A stretch of DNA of 64,000 nt from Octopus bimaculoides (Eukaryota), in NCBI RefSeq assembly GCF_001194135.2, contig NC_068989.1:84631797-84695796 (forward strand), given 5' to 3'. Shown here piece by piece: positions 39,123 through 52,772 of this stretch. Each line of letters begins with the position of its first letter. Within the stretch, counting starts at the first letter, position 1. The position numbers and the translations under genes were made by a program. The notes beneath the pieces are model-generated. The model had not been told where the DNA came from and did no database searches. It was given only the letters and a program-made list of their open reading frames with translations.

Positions 39123-39164
<42 letters not shown>

Positions 39165-39278
39165 TGAAGCAAATGTTTGCTGATCCCTTAATTATGTTTA
39201 TATATATATATATATATATATATCTTTATTAAATTCAGTTTATGTTGAAAGTCAACAAATTTTGCTTTAGAAGTGTTG

Positions 39279-39554
39279 AGATGTATTGAAAGATGCGGAT
39301 AAGGAAATAATTTTATTTTTAAACGCAGAATAATACTAATAATATAGCATGAACAGGATAAACTACCCATATTTTTGCTGAAAAATCTGTCGGCAGCCAG
39401 CCATGAGACTTGAACTCGCATCCCTATGATTACGCTTCAAGTGCTTTATTTTTCTGCAAAATATAGGTAGTTTATCCTGTTCATGCTATATTATTAGCAT
39501 TATCCTGCATTTGAGAATAAAATTATTTCTTTATCTGCATCTTTCAATATATCT
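39279..39554. mobile_element. Foldback element with ~105-bp inverted arms around a tRNA-like loop
   Basis: Arms 39279-39385 and 39449-39554 are about 90% complementary by eye. The loop on the minus strand reads AAAGCACTTGAAGCGTAATCATAGGGATGCGAGTTCAAGTCTC (B-box/T-arm like). Confidence 0.75.
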
Positions 39555-41276
39555 TTTATCTTTTATCTTTTACTTGTTTCTGTCATCAGACTGTGGCCAT
39601 GCTGGGGCATCACCTCAAAGAATTCTAGTCGAATAAATAATCAGCCCCAATACTAAATTTTTCTTTTTCTTTTTTCTTAAGCCTGGTTCTTCTTCTATAA
39701 GTCTCTCTTGCCAAACTGCCTAGTTACAGGGATGTAAACACAGCAACACCGGTTGTCAAACAATAGTAGAAAACACACACACACACATGATGGGTTTCTT
39801 TCAGTTTCCGTCTACCAGATCTACTCGAGGCTTTGGTCAGCCTGGTGCTATAGCAGAAGACACTTGCGCAAGATGTCATGCAGTGAGACTGAACCCGGAA
39901 CCATGTGGTTGGGAAGCAAACTTTTTACCACGCTTATAAACACATACACACACCCACACGACAGGCGTCTGATCAGTTCCCTATTACCAAATTCACTCTG
40001 AAGGCTAGTGGGCTATGGTTGAATACATCTGACCTAAGTGGCACAAAGTAGGGTCAGACCCAGAACCTTAGGTTTGTGAAGCAAACTGCTTCACCACACC
40101 TCACCTGTACTAATATGTGTGTGTGTGTACTTGTATATATCTTTTAACTTTTACTAGTTTCAGTCATTGGATTGCGGTCATGCTGGAGCACCACTTTGAA
40201 GGGCTTTGTTGATTTAATCACACCCTGTACTTATTTTTTTTTTAAACCTGATACTTATCCTCTCAGTCTCTTTTGCTAAACAACTTAGTTACAAGGACGT
40301 AAACAAACCAACACTGGTTGTCAAGTAGTGAGGAACACACGGTTTCTGTCTATTACATTCACTCAGAAGGCATTGGCTGACCCAGGGCTATAGTAGAAGA
40401 GACACTTGCCCGAAGTGACGCACAGAGGGACTGAACCCCAAAACCAAACCACATTGCAAAACAACCTTCTTAACCACACTCATCTATACGTGTGTGTGTG
40501 TGTGTGTAAAATAGAACATAGTTTTATAGCTGTTTCCGTTATATTGATACCTTTAAATTGTCAATTGAGACACTTGTTACTTCTCATGGTTCCATTGATC
40601 CATCTCGTACGCAATATCTTCTGTCTCCATTTTCTGCTTTAATGATGTCATAAAACAGCACACACAACCAAAATCTCTGTTTTGGGTACTGGTGTTGGGG
40701 AGGCCTCTAATTACGGTTTGGAGAAAGCCTGGTAGGTGCGAGGCGATGTGGTAGTAATTTCCACAGCCGTTATTACCAGGAAGTGGATCCAAATACACAG
40801 TCTTCAGTCTGTGATTATGATATTGCTCACAGGTTTAAGAATATCTGTTAAATGTAAACAATAATTCTAAAGTTAAAAAAAAAAAGTTGGATTTGGTCTG
40901 GTCAGTGAATATTGAATGAAGAGTTCAATTCCATTTAGTAGTTTTGGTCTTATTTTTCTCTCTTTCACAAGGGGTCACTTTGGCTTTTTGATTCATTTTC
41001 CATTTATTTTTGTAAATTTTATTTTTTCCAAATATATATGTGTATACATGTTATTATGGTATTGAGCACTTTTTCTCCTGCTTTTTAAAGTCAACAGAAT
41101 AATATCGCTTAGTTTAGAATAGGGGCAGCTGATGAAGGAAATATTCTCTATGTGGCCTGTGTGTTTTCTGTGCTCTGTTTATGTTCTGTTTTTCATTTTG
41201 TCCACGTTTTTTTGTGACGTCCTGTACCCGGATATGCATCTATATATACAGGTAGATGTAAGTATGTACATACTTG

Positions 41277-41323
<47 letters not shown>

Positions 41324-41340
41324 TCACATATTATTTGTAT

Positions 41341-41374
<34 letters not shown>

Positions 41375-42220
41375 AAGCAGGAGAAAATATGCTCAATACC
41401 ATAATAGCATATGTGCACATGTGCGTGTGTGGGCATATATATGTGTGCACGTGTGTGTGTGTGTGTATAATTTGGCTTCATTCAGACAGAAGCCCTCAGA
41501 TTTCTTGAATTTTTAGTGGGTACCTAGCTTCCTCTTTGTCTATGTGTGTTACAGTGATAGTAATTTGGTGGCACTGGTGATGAGGGAGGCTGTGGTGAGC
41601 GAGGATGAGCTTACTGTTCACTTCTTTGCTTTTCGCATGAGGGAGGGGGGTCCCACCAGTCTGTCTTCCGAGAGTGTGTTACTCCCTTACTACAACTTCT
41701 ACTGTTTCTGATACCACCACCATCACAACACCATGGAGTGTGGTGGTGGTGGTGGTGGTGGTGGTCGTCGTGGTGGTGGTGGTAAGGTGGCGGGTAGTAT
41801 GGATCTCAGATAGTTCCCTGTGAAAATGTCTTTACACTCACCACCATCGCCGCCACAATTGTTCTACTGCCAAAACCAGCTGGTCCAGAAGACCTCATTC
41901 CGGTCTAACCCCATTTTCTTCTATTTTTAAACCCTGCCTATCACCACCATCAGCACCACCCCCACACAATAACCTCACCACCACATGACTGTGTTTTGTA
42001 GTTATACCTACATGGTTTAATTTATGTTTCTCTGTGTGTGTATGTGGGTGTGTGACTCCATATCTGTGTGTATATCTCTGTTTACATATTTGTTGTGTAT
42101 ATTTCCATGTATGTGTGTGCATGTGTATGTATGTCTGTATGTGTAATTTGTATATATTTGTATTCTCCAAATGCAGAACCAAATTACAATGTTCAGTCTG
42201 TTTATGTTTACGTTTGATAG

Positions 42221-42297
42221 AACATCTGCCCAGACTTGGTTTAGGAAGACATCTTACTCGGTCACAAGTTGACTTCCTCCATGCATGCATGGAGGAA
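42221..42297 (+). CDS. Candidate alternative upstream exon
   Basis: tttacgtttgatAG|AAC...GAGGAA|GTATGT. 77 nt ending in phase 0; in-frame ATG at 42289 would give M-E-E spliced to ALDSD. The other two frames carry stops. Confidence 0.3.
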
Positions 42298-42459
42298 GTA
42301 TGTATGTATGTTTGTTTTGCTTCGAGTTTTATTCAAGTTCTTCTTGAGAGAGTTCGAACTGGTCGCTAACAAAGCGACAAGACTTTTTGAGTTAAGAGAG
42401 TTCCCTGTGTTTGTAAATATGCAGTTTGAGTTGGTGTGTTGGTTGCACAATCGATGCAT

Positions 42460-42712
42460 ACACAGACAGTGTGTGCATCTGTTCAGATAAGAATCTCGTG
42501 TGTGTGTGTGTATGAGGGCAGACAGTATCCATTCTATTTTCCAATCATGGCCACCACATTGACATATTTTTTTAGCACAGTCAATCCAGACACAGAAAAA
42601 GTGTGCATCTGTTCACATAAGAATCCCATGTGCGTATGTGTGTATCATGTGGGTAGACAGTATCCACTCCATCTTCCCACCATGACCACCACATTGACAT
42701 ATTTTTTAGCAT
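42460..42712. repeat. ~130-bp tandem duplication
   Basis: GTGTGCATCTGTTCA(G/C)ATAAGAATC...AGACAGTATCCA...CCACCACATTGACATATTTTTTAGCA occurs twice. Confidence 0.85.
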
Positions 42713-42979
42713 TTAAACTGCTATTTAGGTAGTCCCCCCCTTCTTATTACACATATCCTAGACTTACCTTCACCCACTTCCTTACGCAAAACACACACAC
42801 ACACACATTAAAAAATTATAGGTTTTTAATTGTGTATCATTAGACTGTGACGGGAACCTACAAACAAATCGACAGTGTCAAAGCAAGTGACATTGACTTG
42901 TACACACACACACACACATGTATATACATGTGAGAGTGAACTAATTTAACAGAGAGGGTGTTACATGAGCAATTAAGGT

Positions 42980-43015
<36 letters not shown>

Positions 43016-43070
43016 AACATAACTGTTAATTTGTGGGTATAAGGACAGTTATTAAGGTGATCACTTTCTC

Positions 43071-43101
<31 letters not shown>

Positions 43102-43436
43102 CCTTCCTCTCTTTCTCTCTTTTTCCTTCCTCTCTTTCTCTCTCTGTTAGTTTCTCTCTCCTTTGTTAGTATCTCTCTCCTTGGCTTTCAACACTCACTG
43201 TCTTATCTGCTTTCTATCTGTCTGCCTGTCTAATTACATCTCTGCCTGTCTAATTAATCTGTCTGCCTGTCTAATTAACCACCCCTCAGTCTGCCTGTCT
43301 GTTTACCTATTCTATCTGCCTGATCTGTAATAAATTACAATAATACATTTGTGGGCATGAGTGTGGGCATACATCTTGCCGTGTGTGTGTGTGTGTGTGT
43401 GTGTGTGCATCTAACAATATGCAGTGGTGTAGAACT

Positions 43437-43467
<31 letters not shown>

Positions 43468-43602
43468 CATGTATCTAACAATATGCAGTGGCGTGGAACT
43501 GTGTGTGTGTGTCTGTGTGTCTGTGTGTGTGACAGAACCAACACACAAAAAAACAACACACACTCATATGTAGAGATGTCTCTATATATATATGTATATA
43601 TA

Positions 43603-44012
43603 TTCTTTTGCTTGTTTCAGTCATTAGACTGTGGCCATGCTGGAGCACCACCTTTTAGTCGAAGAAATCGACCCCAGGACTTATTCTTTATAAGCCTAGT
43701 ACTTGATCTATCAGTCTCTTTTGCCAAACCACTAAGTTATGGGGACATTAAACACACCAACATCACCTGTCAAGCGATGGTGGGAGGAACAAACACAGAC
43801 ACAAACATACACATACATTCATACATACATACATATATACACACACACACACGACAGACTTCTTTCAGTTTCCGTCTACCAAATCCATTCACAAGGCTTT
43901 GGTTGGCCCAAGGCTACAGTAGAAGACATTTGCCCAAGGTGCCACGCAGTGGGACTGAACCCAGAACCATGTGCTTGGAAAGCGAGCTTCCTACCACACA
44001 GCAACGCCTGTG
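43603..44012 (-). mobile_element. SINE family A, full length
   Basis: Reverse complement of the 55452 copy, including the internal microsatellite. Confidence 0.9.
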
Positions 44013-44329
44013 TTTGGCTAATAATATATGTATGTGTGTTTATTTGTGTTGTGCTTATGTGCAGTATGGGTCAGTGTGACTGTTTGCATTCTTCATATGC
44101 TTTTTACCTGTTTCACTCACTGGACTGCAGCCATGCTGGAGCACTTCCTTCAAAAACAAATCAATCCCAGTATTTAGCTTTTGAGTCTAAGTACTTATTT
44201 TATCAATCTCTTTGGACAAACAGCTGTTATCATCTGTGATTACTCTCACCCACTTTTATATAATGCAGGATAGTGATGTACCTCCCCCGTATAGCAAGAC
44301 ACCTCTGCTTGTCCCTCTGTCATACTTTA

Positions 44330-44690
44330 GCCCCTCGGGGTAATGGTAATGAGCCCCTTCGGTCATGAATGACCATGGGATTGCACCTAGAAAGTTCCCC
44401 TCTGAGGCATAAGTCCAGGCAAGGTTGTTTACGGAAGACAAGCAGTCGCCCATGCATACCAGCTTCTCCTCTCCACACCATTGATGTTATCCAAGATAAA
44501 GGCAAAGGGGTCGATACAGCTTGGCACCAGTGACATCACAACTCATTTCTACAGCTGAGTGAACTGGAGCAACGTGAAATAATGTGTCGTACTCAAGAAC
44601 ACAACACACAGCCCGGTCTGGGAATCAAACTCACTACCTCATGACTGTGAGCTCAAAGCTCTAACCACTGAGCCATGCGCCTTCACTTGG
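44330..44690 (-). mobile_element. tRNA-headed SINE family D/E, near full length
   Basis: Reverse strand GGCGCATGGCTCAGTGGTTAGAGC...GAGTTTGATTCCC, central TTGCTCCAGTTCACTCAGCTGTA, 3' hairpin GGTCAT-TC-ATGACC. Confidence 0.85.
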
Positions 44691-45503
44691 TATAAAGTGA
44701 ATGTACCTCAACCCTTGGTATACAGCTACCTCCCTCTTTATTACACCTCCACTCCACTCAGCCATGGCATCTTTTTTTTTGTCTTGCATGTTACGCAGCA
44801 ACCTCACTGGTGCCAGTGTTGTGAAAAGAGCACCCAGTACACTCTGCGAAGTGTTTCCTGTCTCAAAGGGCATCCAGCCATAGAAACTATGCCAAAACAA
44901 ACATCAAAGCCCAATACAGTTCTCCAGCTTGTTGGATATCCAGTCAAACAGTCCAACACATGCAAGCATGGAAGTCTGGCGTTAAAACGAGAGAGTGAAT
45001 TAGTGTGTGTGTGTGTGTGTGACCAGTCACTCACTGTTGCTTCTTTTCCATCTTGAAATATATCAACTTCTACCCTAACATCCTTGTGGACTATAGTAAC
45101 AGTGGTGGTGACAAAGGCCTTTGCATTACCACTATCATCACCACCACCATCATTGTCATCATCATCACCACCACTACAATTAGTTGACCTACTCTCACTA
45201 TTATCCGACTGGTGTGACTTCATCAAACTACACTCTCTATATTTTTCGTTATACCCGTCCGGATTGACTTTCTGGGTACATGGTTTGTAAGTGTGTGTCT
45301 ATGTGGTTGTGCTTTTTTAGTTGTGTGCATATGGGTGTGTTCATAGCTGTGTATGTGTGTGTACATTCAACAGTGTTTGTCACTGTGTATGTGTGTATGT
45401 ATGTACGGTACGTACCTATGTATGTCTAATACTTAGAACTGCTTTTCTGTATGTCTATCGCTGCCACCCTGCTCCATAGATTAACTTACATCTGCCTTTA
45501 CTG

Positions 45504-45556
<53 letters not shown>

Positions 45557-45999
45557 ACTACTACTACTGTCCCCTCCCCCACCGTCTCCTCCTTCATCAC
45601 TTCGTCAGCCAATCTGCTACCCCAGGACTGATGTTTAGCAGTGATGTTGTGTTTTTGTAAACTAAGTCAGACCTACTTGAGTCAAGGAGAGCTTTTTTTA
45701 AGATTCTTCTTGTTCTAACAGACATTCTCATACACATCATCCACAGGCATGTACATATATATATGTATATATATGNNNNNNNNNNNNNNNNNNNNNNNNN
45801 NNNNNNNNNNNNNNNNNNNNNNNNNNNNNNNNNNNNNNNNNNNNNNNNNNNNNNNNNNNNNNNNNNNNNNNNNNNNNNNNNNNNNNNNNNNNNNNNNNNN
45901 NNNNNNNNNNNNNNNNNNNNNNNNNNNNNNNNNNNNNNNNNNNNNNNNNNNNNNNNNNNNNNNNNNNNNNNNNNNNNNNNNNNNNNNNNNNNNNNNNNN

Positions 46000-46032
<33 letters not shown>

Positions 46033-46043
46033 ATATATATATA

Positions 46044-46074
<31 letters not shown>

Positions 46075-46739
46075 GTGTGTGTGTGTGTATATATATATAT
46101 ATGTGTGTGTGTGTATATATATATATATATGTGTGTGTGTGTATATATATATATATATGTATGTATGTATGTATATATGTATATATATGCGTGTGTGTGT
46201 CTTTATATCGTTGTCTTCATCATCATCATCATCATTTAACATCTGTTTTCCGTGCTGGCATGGGTTGGACAGTTTGACCGAAAACTGATAAGCTGCACCA
46301 GGTTCCAATCTCATTTGGCATGGTTTCCACATTTCCTAGTGCCAACCACTCCAAGAGTGTAGTGGGTGCTTTTACATACATATACATATCTACATACGCG
46401 CGCACACACATATACACACACATATACACACACATATGTTGGTGCAAACACAGTTGTGTGGATAAGACCCTTGCTTCCCAACCCTGTGTTCTTGGGTTCA
46501 GTCCCACTATGCAACACCTTGTCGAAGAAAGCCTTATGAGTGCATTAGGTGCCCATCAAATATATATATATAGATATATCAGCATGTTTTTGTGTTGTAA
46601 ACCTCATAGTGAACTCTATACATAATGCAGAGTACATGAATTGCACTTGTCTATGTGTGAAATTGTAAGCCCTTGATTCACTCCTTTAGCAATCTCAGCT
46701 AATAACAGATATTATATATATATGTATATATATATATAT

Positions 46740-46820
<81 letters not shown>
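46740..46820. repeat. (GATA)n microsatellite
   Basis: Direct reading. Confidence 0.95.
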
Positions 46821-46821
<1 letters not shown>

Positions 46822-47471
46822 GCATGCATACATGCATACACATACACATGCATGCACACACACGCACAATATTCTAATACATACAAGCACACAAGTCCCT
46901 TCTGCTACCTCCTGTCTCTTCATCTCTTACTTTCTGTCAGTGAGTGAGTGTGTTTGTGTGTGTGTGTGTAGAGAGANNNNNNNNNNNNNNNNNNNNNNNN
47001 NNNNNNNNNNNNNNNNNNNNNNNNNNNNNNNNNNNNNNNNNNNNNNNNNNNNNNNNNNNNNNNNNAGGGAGGGATGGATGGCGATAACTTCAATTGCACC
47101 TCCTGCTTTTAAAGATACACACATGCACACACGCATACAACTTACGTATACACAGCCTCTCTCTTGTCTTCTAGATAGACACATACATTCAGTATATGTG
47201 TGTGTTCATGCGTGTTTGTGTGTGTGTGAGAGAGAGAGAGAGAGACTGTCATGGTGTGTCTATAGTTCTTAACTTTAGATTATAGAAGTTTTTTTTTTTA
47301 TCATTCTGTCTAATATTTCACATTTAATGCGCTATCAAATGTCTCGAGCCACACACACACTACAAATACATGTGCATATTTGTGTGTACATGTGTAATCT
47401 AAATGTTGATATGTATGTCTGTATAACCTTAATCTAAAATCTGTTTTTTTTCTCTACTTCTGTATGTATTT

Positions 47472-47509
<38 letters not shown>

Positions 47510-47721
47510 CGTACGTACGTATACTTACTGTTGAAGCCATTTATTGTGATCAGTTTAGAATGGAACCCTTTAGCTGACCACTGGCTGATAATATTAAACA
47601 GAAGATATAACAATATCCTGAATGTATTCTGGACCAACTAATTTTGATAACAATAATGGTTTGATAACATTATTCGTCTTTATAAAAAATGGCTTTCGTC
47701 ATGTATGTATGTATGTGTGTG

Positions 47722-47765
<44 letters not shown>

Positions 47766-48081
47766 TATGTACATAAACACACATACCAATATTATGCACA
47801 CATTCACACACATGTATGTGTGTTTATATTGTCTTGTTTGTTGGAACAAGAATATTCAAAAAACTAAACTGGACTATTTAATGCTTTACAGCAGGTTTGT
47901 CAAAGAGTTTCAATCATTTGATCTCTGAGGAATTTGGTTCTGAAAGAGATCAAAATGTTTGAAGCAGTTATATTATACACCCGTAAAATTCATGTGTGTA
48001 TATACACATACATCTAATATGCTATATGTAACCAAACCTCTAAATAACACACATATACATATATATGTGTGCATATGTATT

Positions 48082-48127
<46 letters not shown>

Positions 48128-48559
48128 AGGTGAGAGGAAACTGTGAGACAAGAAAAACCTGAGTTGTTGACATTAGATGCTGTTCAACCTTCTAAGTATC
48201 ACTAATTTCCTGTTAGATGCTAACATTCGATCTGCCAACGGCAACATTTGCTGTTCTTGTTTTTTTTCTCTTCCTTCTATTCATCATAACCATCATCATC
48301 ATCATCATCATCGCCATCATTTAATGTCTGTTTTCCATGCTGGTTTGGGTTGGACAGTTCAACAGTTGTCAGCAAGCCAGAGGACTGCGCCAAGCCCAAA
48401 CGTCTGCTTTGGTAAGCTCTGCAGTAGAATGCCCTTTTTAATGATAATTACATATCATAATCCCATCCATTCCCACCACCCACTGCTCTTGGGAAAGTCA
48501 TGGCAGTGGAGTCATCAGGTACCTTCTCCATAGGGTCCCATCAGAAGCCACCATCATTG

Positions 48560-49100
48560 CCCTTTCCAGCAGGGTTCCCAGCCGTAACCAACTATGAGAC
48601 TATGGATATCATCCAATCATCTCATTCTTGGTCTGCTTCCCGGTCTTCTGCCAGTTGGCTCAGCTTGAAGAATCTGTCTTGCGATTCTTTCCTGCAACAT
48701 TCTAATCACATGCCCCTAATACTGGAGCTGTGGCCTCTCGATACTGAGAAGTAACAGTTCAACCCTTCAAAGACTCCCTGATCTCCAAGTTATAACACCT
48801 TGTTGAGTAGCATTACTTCAGTGATCCTTTGGAAGATTCCCATTTCTGCCATATTCATGGTTGTACTCTTTTGGTCTTAATCCAACATTTATGGTTATAG
48901 ATGAGGATAAGCATGGAAACAGAATTGAAGATAGCAATTATTTACATTATTTACATTTGAACTGAAGATAGCAAGTTTAGCTTTTTACACCAACCTCTTC
49001 TCATGTTTCATAGTTACCAAGTGTATACTTTTCCCCATAAATATAGCTTTGTACCCACATTAGAATTCATTTTTAAGAGTATGGCATTACCAAATTAGTT
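48560..49100 (-). pseudogene. RTE LINE RT/C-terminal remnant, different family
   Basis: Minus-strand LIYNHKCW...IERPQLQY*GHVIRMLQERIARQILQAEPTGRRPGSRPRMR*LDDI. Confidence 0.75.
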
Positions 49101-49829
49101 GAACAATGCTTCTTCTATTTAAGTTCAAATCCTATATAGATAATTGATGAGGCTACAATGGCAATGAAAGGACTTTGACAAATCTGATTGGTTTGGTGAC
49201 CAGACAACTGATTAGTTAAATAATTAACTAAGTGACAAAGGAAAATGATATAAAGAAGTGAAATAGAATCAGTGCATGTGTTTATTATTGGCATGATGAC
49301 CATCCTGAGATACAACACGTCACTTCACATCAAGAATCTTGCAAACCAAACACAAAAACATACCATTTGGAAGTTTGTGCCCTAGCTTACAAATTCAACC
49401 CTTTCCCCTTCAGTTAGGCCCTTATTGACATTTTCATGGTCCTCTTAGAGAACAGACAATGATGATGCTAGAGATGGAGGCACTGGCAACTGAGGGAGAA
49501 TACTTGCCCTTGATGGTCAGAGCAAGCCCGGATCTGTGAGGTAGGAATTTCTTGAATTATTCTTAGTGGCCTTATCCTCTGGAGAAGGGAACTTTTGTGG
49601 GGAGTTAGCATTTTATATAATGTCTTGTTTTTGTTATTTTATGTATGTATGTTTGTATATATATATGTATGTATGTTTCCCCACCATCAGTGCTGTACCC
49701 TGTTTTTCTGGGGGGCAGTGGTTGTATTGTTCCTATTGTCTTTGAGCCCTTGTTTGTGACAAATAATGAAGTTATTGGAGACCAATTGAGTCAAGTACAT
49801 CAAAATCAAAAGGAAATTGTAGTTGTGAT

Positions 49830-50090
49830 CCCCGTGCCGGTGGCTCATAAAAAGCACCATCCAAACATGGCCGATGCCAGCGCCACCTTGACTGGCTTCC
49901 ATGCCAGTGGCACATAAAAAGCACCCACTACACTCTCGGAGTGGTTGGCGTTAGGAAGGGCATCCAGCTGTAGAAACTCTGCCAAATCAGACTGGAGCCT
50001 GGTGTAGCCTCCTGGCTTCCCAGACCCCAGTTGAACCATCCAACCCATGCCAGCATGGAAAATGGACGTTAAACAATGATGATGATGATG
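49830..50090 (+). mobile_element. Family C copy
   Basis: GGTTGGCGTTAGGAAGGGCATCC...GGACGTTAAACAATGATGATGATG. Confidence 0.9.
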
Positions 50091-50497
50091 ATTGTTAATT
50101 TAAACGAAAAAAATCAATTAGATTTTTTATTAGAAGAGTCAATTATTGAAGTATTAGTAAATTAGCTGCCCTGCTCAACTTTTGGATATTTGATATTGTT
50201 TTATCAGTTTTCTCAAGTAGATTGGGGGTGGCTGCAGTGGTAGTTGCGGTTGTGGTGGGGAGTGGTGGAGAATATTTGAATTTCACACAGAAATAATGTT
50301 GTTGTTGTTGTATTGTTTGTTTGTTTGTGTCAACTGAAAATTGAATCTCTCCACTGAAAGGTCAAAAGCTGCTAAATTACATCTGATTTCACTTCGTTAT
50401 GATGATCGGATTGTTTAGAGATTGTAACCTTTACAAATTTTTGAACACTTGTTGCGGTGGTCTGTACACATACATATACACTATGTATCAAGGACAT

Positions 50498-50543
<46 letters not shown>

Positions 50544-50989
50544 TTGCATAGACCTACGCAATCACTTGTGTGCATATTCACACATGAACATATATATATA
50601 TATATATATACATCTGCATATACATACATTTTCATGTTATCATACAGTACATATATATATGCATATATGAAGACTTACAAGCACTTTGGTATGCATCACA
50701 GATGAACATATACGCATATGGGTATAAATTAAGATACACTTACTGTTCAACACCTCTGTGCATATACAAAAGCATAGACACCTTTATGTTTCTATGTATG
50801 TGCACACACACACATATGCACGCATGCACATGCACCCATGCAACATAATACTTAGTAACCCTTGAGAGATACGCAACATCAAGTCAATCTGGATCAGATC
50901 TGAACTCAGAGCAGAAGAGACTGAAATTACAGTACTGTCAAGGATTTAACCCATTGTTTTCTGATGTGTGTGTGTTTATCTCTGCTGTG

Positions 50990-51365
50990 CAGTGGGCCTG
51001 AACACGAAACCACCTCAGAGCCACCTCCATGCTTCACAGCAAGGGCCAAACTGTCAGAGTTCATGGTTTCTTTAGGGTATCTCCAGACATAGACTTGTCC
51101 AAATAAGCCATTGGCCACTTCTAAGTTTAGACACCATTTTTTCCACTTGTCAGTGTTGGTAGGGAACACCAAAGATTTAGCAGTTGCAACCTTCCATGGT
51201 GTCCACTCTTATTGGAGCTCACAACGAACAGTCTTGTTTAACACAGGGTCGGCAGGGTAGTGGTTTAGCTCAGCTGTCATATTTACTGCTACAGTTCAAT
51301 GGCTTTTAGACACAATACATTTCACTTTTCTGCGGTACATCTCTCTGAGTTTTGCTTTCCATTCA
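50990..51365 (-). pseudogene. Tc1-family transposase remnant
   Basis: Minus-strand GQVYVWRYPKE...AVKHGGGSEVV (Tc1 VWR...KHGGGSVMVW signature), preceded by MTAELNHYPADPVLNKTVRCEL, with stops. Confidence 0.8.
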
Positions 51366-51448
51366 GAATTATGCTTACCAAAGCTGGTTTTATCTTGGTT
51401 TTTGAAATGCCAACATAATTTTAGAAACTGAACTTCTCAAAGCATTAA

Positions 51449-51668
51449 CCCGTTAGCATTTAGATTTCTCAGTCAAATGTAATGCTTATTTATTCACATT
51501 GTTTTTAATTAATCATGCTTAATCATGCATTATCCCATAGTTTTGAAATTCCAAAGATGTGACTGTGTAGTTTCAGAATGTCATTGTAGGCTTGGTGTGA
51601 GAAGCTGGATCTGACTAGTTTGAACATAAAACACGTAGAATATTTGGGCCAGTTTAAATGCCAAAAGG
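51449..51668. mobile_element. piggyBac-like MITE, second family (220 bp)
   Basis: TTAA|CCCGTTAGCATTTA ... TAAATGCCAAAAGG|TTAA. Homologous in reverse orientation to 59444-59663. Confidence 0.75.
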
Positions 51669-52098
51669 TTAAACAACTGAAGCTCTAGCCGTCTGTGGTC
51701 CAACAATTTGTCCTCTTTGAAAATCAGACAGGTCACACATTTTAACTTATTTCAAATAAATATCTGCCAAACAAAGAAGAAAAGAGAAACAGAAGGCTGT
51801 ATGATATATCATGAAGTACAAGGTATACATAATGCATATGAACACATATGTACAGATTAGAACATCTTGCCCACCCTACTCCTCTGTGTGTGGATGTAGG
51901 TGTAAAAAGACAAATATATCATATGAGGATGATCTCACCATTTACCCCTCCCCCTTTCTCTCTCACGCCCTGTGCCTCTCTCGATAACCCTCTATCACCA
52001 CCACCACCACTTCCCCACCAGTTCAACCAGTTTACTACTATTATGACTATCACAATCAATGATCTTAAATATGTGCCATATATGTATGTATTTGTATG

Positions 52099-52143
<45 letters not shown>

Positions 52144-52176
52144 TTGTATGCATATATATATATACATATATATATA

Positions 52177-52219
<43 letters not shown>

Positions 52220-52731
52220 CATATATATATATATTATTTATATATATATATTAAGGCGGTGCTCAAGCATGGCCACAGTCAAATGACTGAAACAAGTAAA
52301 ATAATATATAATTTATATTTATATACATATATNNNNNNNNNNNNNNNNNNNNNNNNNNNNNNNNNNNNNNNNNNNNNNNNNNNNNNNNNNNNNNNNNNNN
52401 NNNNNNNNNNNNNNNNNNNNNNNNNNNNNNNNNNNNNNNNNNNNNNNNNNNNNNNNNNNNNNNNNNNNNNNNNNNNNNNNNNNNNNNNNNNNNNNNNNNN
52501 NNNNNNNNNNNNNNNNNNNNNNNNNNNNNNNNNNNNNNNNNNNNNNNNTATATATATGACAGACATAAGTGCATAGGTATGTGTGTCTATTAGAACAAGA
52601 CATGTGTCTGTCCATTGAATTAATGACCCTTACAAAACTGGTCCTGTTTCCTTCACTTAGAATTTTTTTGCCTGAAGGTATTAAAGTAAATGAATGTTGT
52701 GTGTGTACTTCTGTATATGTATACATTAGGC

Positions 52732-52772
<41 letters not shown>

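Noticed and set aside
49449-49540. Exon-like AG...GTAGGA segment
   Set aside because: All three frames contain stops; it lies next to decayed RTE sequence.
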